Source: Sporopachydermia quercuum
Lineage: Eukaryota
Assembly: GCA_001599295.1 (NCBI GenBank)
Contig: BCGN01000006.1
Coordinates: 558,001 to 622,000 of the forward strand
Direction of reading: 5' to 3'
Length of the DNA: 64,000 nt
Positions 59,071 through 64,000 of the stretch are shown here, piece after piece (within the stretch, counting starts at the first letter, position 1; the number at the start of each line of letters is the position of its first letter). The notes beneath the pieces were generated by a model, which was given only the letters and a program-made list of their open reading frames with translations, made no database searches and was not told the origin of the DNA. The position numbers were made by a program, and so were the translations under genes.

Positions 59071-59497
59071 TTATGTAAAATATTCAATAATACGACGTTA
59101 GCTTTGGGTTGGAACCATAAACAGATTACATAGATTGACAAACCAAGTTTAGAGCGTAAGTCTTACTATGTAAGCATCATCAAAAGGAAGAATATCCATC
59201 AAGGCCCAATACGACAGTATTTACTATGAAAATATAAGTTTCGTGTAGATTCATACAATAATAAGAGAGTCATAGAGAAGAATTGCAATTGATAAACATA
59301 CACATTTCTCAAATGAATATGGGATTAGTAAATTACAATATTTCATATTTTGAGGATCAGTAAATAAATATACCATCAGTTTTCATCATCTAAAAATCTA
59401 TAACTCAAAGCCTCCATAATAAATAAATAATAAATAAGGGTCATAGAAACAATCAATTATGATTGTTTCATAAGGAACCTATACCAGCATGATTGGC

Positions 59498-60721
59498 TTA
59501 AGCATAAAATGTCTTTAATCTGTTGGCAACAGCGTCGATGAATTCTTCAGTAAGAACATAGGAAGATCTATCGGTCTTTCCGCAAGCCAAAGCCAAATCC
59601 TTGGTCATGATACCATCTTCTTGGACAGTGTCAATGGTAGCCTTTTCAAGGTTTTCCCCGAAAATAACAACTTCGGGGGTGTTGTCGAGCTTACCTCTTT
59701 GGATGATACCTCTGGTCCAAGCAAAGATGGATGCAATAGAGTTGGTAGAGGTTTCCTTACCTTGTTGATGTTGACGATAATGTCTGGTAACAGTTCCATG
59801 AGCGGCTTCGGATTCAAAGGTCTCTCCATCAGGAGTAATCAAAACTGAAGTCATCAAACCGAGGGAACCGAAACCTTGTGCAACAATATCGGATTGAACA
59901 TCACCATCGTAGTTCTTCATAGCAATAATATAACCACCCTTGGACTTGATCATTTGGGCAACCATGTCATCAATCAGTCTGTGTTCGTACCAGATTCCAG
60001 CGGCTTCGAAATCCTTCTTGTAAACATTGTCGTAAAGATCTTGGAAGATATCCTTGAATCTACCATCATATCTCTTCAAGATAGTGTTCTTGGTAGACAT
60101 GAAGAGATTCAACTTCTTTTCCAAAGCCAGCTTGAAGGAAGAGTGGGCGAAACCAGTGATAGACTCATCAGTATTGTACATAGCAAGGGCAACACCTGGG
60201 GCGGGGTAGTCGAAAACCTTGTGGACTTGAGGTCCGGAACCATCAGCAGGAGTGTAGACAAGTTCAACCTTACCTGCGCCAGGAACAACAATGTCAGTAG
60301 CCTTATACTGATCACCATAGGCGTGTCTACCAATGATGATAGGCTTCTCCCAAGAAGGAACTAATCTGGGAATTCTGGGAATGACAATGGGTTCTCTGAA
60401 GACTGTGCCACCTAAGATATTTCTAAGGGTACCATTAGGGGATAGCCACATCTTCTTGAGACCGAATTCTTCTACTCTGGCTTCATCAGGAGTGATAGTG
60501 GCACATTTAACACCAACCTTATACTTCTTGATAGCTTCAGCAGCATCAGTAGTGACCTTATCGTCAGTTTGATCTCTGTATTCAATACCAAGATCGTAAT
60601 ACTTTAGATCAACATCTAAGTAAGGGAGGATCAATTTGTCCTTAATGAATTGCCAGATAATTCTGGTTTGTTCATCACCGTCGAGTTCGACAATGGGGTT
60701 CTTAACTGTGATCTTGGCCAT
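59498..60721 (-). CDS. NADP-dependent isocitrate dehydrogenase, probably cytosolic (Idp2-like)
   Basis: [55 protein letters not shown]. No presequence (in-frame stop upstream of the ATG at 60721) and no PTS1. C-ending codon bias suggests high expression. Confidence 0.93.
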   Translation of the reverse strand: MAKITVKNPIVELDGDEQTRIIWQFIKDKLILPYLDVDLKYYDLGIEYRDQTDDKVTTDAAEAIKKYKVGVKCATITPDEARVEEFGLKKMWLSPNGTLRNILGGTVFREPIVIPRIPRLVPSWEKPIIIGRHAYGDQYKATDIVVPGAGKVELVYTPADGSGPQVHKVFDYPAPGVALAMYNTDESITGFAHSSFKLALEKKLNLFMSTKNTILKRYDGRFKDIFQDLYDNVYKKDFEAAGIWYEHRLIDDMVAQMIKSKGGYIIAMKNYDGDVQSDIVAQGFGSLGLMTSVLITPDGETFESEAAHGTVTRHYRQHQQGKETSTNSIASIFAWTRGIIQRGKLDNTPEVVIFGENLEKATIDTVQEDGIMTKDLALACGKTDRSSYVLTEEFIDAVANRLKTFYA

Positions 60722-61605
60722 TGTGAATAATTGCAATTAGTTACTATTAAAGTCGATTTAGTACCTTAGTCAATTAACTACGTTTTTAACTAAATCAATA
60801 TGATTATATCAGAAAAAAGGAAAGGAGAAAAGGAAACAACAAAATGGGATTTTTGAAGGGTTAAAGAGAGTGGAAAAGTATGAAATTAGAATTGAGGGAG
60901 AAATACCTTCGTACCTTTTAAAGGGAAGTAACCGGCGAAGCTCGAATTCGTTGGTTTCTTCATTTCGGGTAGGGAACTTTTCAATTTACTATTTTGGGTA
61001 TGAGGTCGGTCTATTAAGCTTATCCTACAAACCAAAAATCAACATTAAATTATTCATTTTTTCCCATTAATAATCATTGATAACACGATAACACGTATTT
61101 AATAACAGAAAGTTCCCATGAATATAATAATACATGAACACTTGTAATTAGTTCTGCGATAGTTCGTGTTCCAATTGCAGTTTCTTGTACATACGCCATT
61201 ATTCTTCATATTCTTTTTTATTTTCTAACCACTCACAAACATGAAAAATGGTTTAGTCTATTGGTGATATTAAACACTAACTATAAACATTAACATAGTG
61301 AGTGCAATTGTCAGTGTAGATCAAAAGGGAAGGTTTCACGAAGTGATGGAAATTTATGTATGATAAGAAATAGATGTATATACAAATGAAGAAATAAACA
61401 AGAAATAAGATTGAATACTTCTCCGAAACGACAAGCACATTTACAAGAAAAGTAAGTAAATATTCAAATCAATTTTGATTTTGTTGTGTTTTACCACACA
61501 ACTAATTTTCATTATTATGAGTAACCTCAAATTCGTTGAGCTTCATACCCTCGTTTCACCCGATTTTCGACCAGTTTCTAGGGGATAAGGTAAACGAAGA
61601 ACTCA

Positions 61606-61613
61606 TTACCCGG
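61606..61613. promoter_or_regulatory. Reb1-type site (TTACCCGG) upstream of the isocitrate dehydrogenase gene
   Basis: Exact consensus match. Confidence 0.45.
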
Positions 61614-62533
61614 ATCACGTAAGCTGCAAGAACGGGACAATTAGTAATAGTGAAAGGATATAGGTGTTATTGATTGGTTAAAGTTTAAAGGTGATGTGAT
61701 TATTTATTCAATACCGGATAATCTTTATCCTGTTGCTGTGGTGGGACCTGTTGCTCTGACTTCCCCTTTTCACTCACACACAATTGGGGAAAATATTATA
61801 CCCCACAAATAGTATTCAGATAGTCGATTGTTGCCGTTACAGGTAGTACCAATTGATCTAAGAACAAAGAAAGACTCAAACTTTCATTTCATTCTTGTTT
61901 CTTGAGATGGATCAGTATGAGTTTCTGATTCTATTTCCTGGGGTAAAATCTTCGGGTGATAGAAGACAATGAATGAACTTCTATTAATTGAATTAAATCA
62001 TCTTCTCCAGTATTGATTGTTATTCAGCCTTATCAACATTAAATGGCTAGTGCAAAAAATAAATCAAATTATATCGGTATTTGCCATTTGCTATCCGTTG
62101 ATCAATTGCCAACAAAACTCTTCGCTTCCGTTCTCATTATCCCGAGTTCGCTATGCATCTCTAAACTCATTGAATAAATTGTAGGAAGAAATCGGAATGA
62201 AAGACAGTAGAAAGCCGACTTTCGGTTCTCCTTCATAGGTTCTTTATTGCGAACCCTTTTTGACAGGACAATTACTCTTTAGTCTTGACTCCGGACAGGT
62301 TAAAGTTGAAATTAGGTTAGAATGAACCAGGAGAGCTGAGAGGAGGAGCTATGGGACAGTAACGTCTCTGACTACATCAAATATTATGATTCTACATGAT
62401 GAGAAGAAATATAATGAATGATAGAAACTGCCAAATTGATCCATTGAGTTTCTATCTGGGAGATGATGCTCATGATAGTTATGTTCAAGTTGGACATTGA
62501 ATATCAAAGTTTCTGTAATAATGAAGCTATATT

Positions 62534-64000
62534 TCAATGTTGGAATTTCACTATGATCCGTAGTGCCAATGGTAAAGAGGAATCCGTTATAACAATTTCT
62601 TCACCATCATGAACCAAATCACCCAATCTTTTATTCAAATTGGGCCTAGTTACTCCTTCCAACTGAGGAGGGGCCCTCACATAGATACTTTTAGTGGCTG
62701 TCCTTAGAGAAGGAGATTGCATAGATCTGTCGATATGGCGTTAGTTTCAACTTTTAAGAATTATACTGTAGAAAAAAAGTAATAAAAATACCTCCAGCAC
62801 TTACGTTTCTTGTTTCAACGATAGATCTTCTATGAACTCTTGTAAAATCAAATCTGGGGAAACTATCACTGATTTGGCCAAGCTTCCACACACTGGACAG
62901 TCCTCTTTTTTCATGTACTCGAACGTGTAAGTAAAAATGGATTCATTGCCAGAATACATCATATAGTTATTCAGATATGGGTTACATGATGTAGCTATTT
63001 TGAATGCTTCATTGCAACATGATGCAGCAATTATAGCATTTGTAGATGCAATAGAAGGAATAATGTTTTTCACAACTCCCATTGTTAAAGAATATGTAAC
63101 ACCTAATATGCCAAACTCTTCAGCTCTCGCTTTCGACCTTTCATAAAGCCATTTTAGATGATTTGGATTATCTGTGTCTAGCTTTTTATCTACAGTAAGT
63201 AAGTTAGAAATGTTGTTGATATAATCTCAATATGATATCAGAAAATACACTTTATATCAAACATAACTTACCTTTGAAAACTTTGGGCCATTCAATCATA
63301 CTAGCCCATTCTATACAATGCTCTGGAAGTCTAGGAGTATTGGCTATCGTACAAATTGGGAATGTTTCTTTGTTTCCTAACATCTCTAGTGAGCATTCAT
63401 AACATGAAGTAACTGTAGGTATAATGACTCTTGATTGACCTTTGAATCCTTCGGTTCCGCCATCAATAAGAATGGTCAAAGATGACGGATCCTCACTATC
63501 AACCATATTAACTAATGTGGCACTTATCCATCTTCTTGCCTCAACAGAGTCCAGTCCACATACGATTATGCTGAATGATTTATAGAAATCATAGTCCATT
63601 TCTTGAATTCTTTTAAAATGAGGGGTAATCTTCACTTTGTTATTGAACCTTTTCATAATGAAATTAGCAGCCGTCACGGCTTTTGATTGACCAATATCAC
63701 TCTCACGAAAAAGAAACTGTCGATTGAGATTTGATATATCTATGGTATCCATATCAATCACATGAATATCTTGAAAACCAGAAAGAACAAGGTCTTTTAG
63801 AATCTCGCATCCTAATCCCCCAGCACCAATAGCACTAAAATGTTTCGTATATGTTAGGAATAGACTCCAAGCAATTGATAAGTTTTGACAACAACACCTG
63901 CCAGATGTACATGGCACTTACAGGATTTTCAAGGATGACAGAAAGTCTTTCACCGAATCACCGGGAATGAACGTTTCGTCTGTAAATGGACCATTTGTAT
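62534..64000 (-). CDS. UBA3: NEDD8/Rub1-activating enzyme catalytic subunit, 5' end outside the window; exons >64000-63922, 63834-63272, 63189-62805, 62726-62534
   Basis: [33 protein letters not shown], catalytic [46 protein letters not shown]. Three GTAAGT introns (87, 82, 78 nt) restore one continuous frame. Confidence 0.95.

Noticed and set aside
59468..59500. Stop-codon readthrough giving the isocitrate dehydrogenase a cryptic PTS1 (extension ANHAGIGSL)
   Set aside because: The stop context TAA-GCC is not the TGA-CTA readthrough motif, and GSL is a poor PTS1.
59876..60364. 162-aa antisense ORF, and similar antisense ORFs inside CPA2, DNF3, ERG9 and SSH4
   Set aside because: Shadow frames produced by codon bias of the real genes on the opposite strand.
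1..64000. CRISPR arrays, operons or other prokaryotic systems; box C/D snoRNAs at several RTGATGA words
   Set aside because: The sequence is eukaryotic with no repeat-spacer array; the C-box candidates I checked lacked a suitably placed D box.

Overview
AT-rich eukaryotic DNA from a budding yeast (Saccharomycotina-like gene set; CTG read as Leu; short GTAAGT introns with degenerate branch points). I can support 17 protein genes: KES1, a PhyH/PHYHD1-like dioxygenase, ERG9, an RTA1/RSB1-family exporter, a PET20-family protein, SSH4/EAR1, a PHO2-like homeobox factor, CPA2, DNF3, GPA2, a rhodanese, a GATA nitrogen regulator, MPD1, MRPL44, RRP36, an NADP isocitrate dehydrogenase and UBA3 (5' end outside the window). 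Four of them (KES1, MRPL44, RRP36, UBA3) are spliced and are missed or mis-started by the ORF track; I reconstructed 8 introns by hand. There are two tRNA genes: Thr(UGU) and an intron-containing Arg(UCU). The clearest hidden element is a frameshifted Ty3/Gypsy gag remnant with a tRNA-iMet primer-binding site that runs up to about 10 bp from the tRNA-Arg gene. Other leads are a frame-independent CGGA/TCCG word enrichment over DNF3, a candidate CPA2 5'-leader intron containing an overlapping uORF, a sterol/lipid four-gene run, and a GATA factor mixing Gat1/AreA and Gln3 hallmarks. I found no convincing wholly novel multi-gene system. All homology calls are from motif recognition, not database searches.
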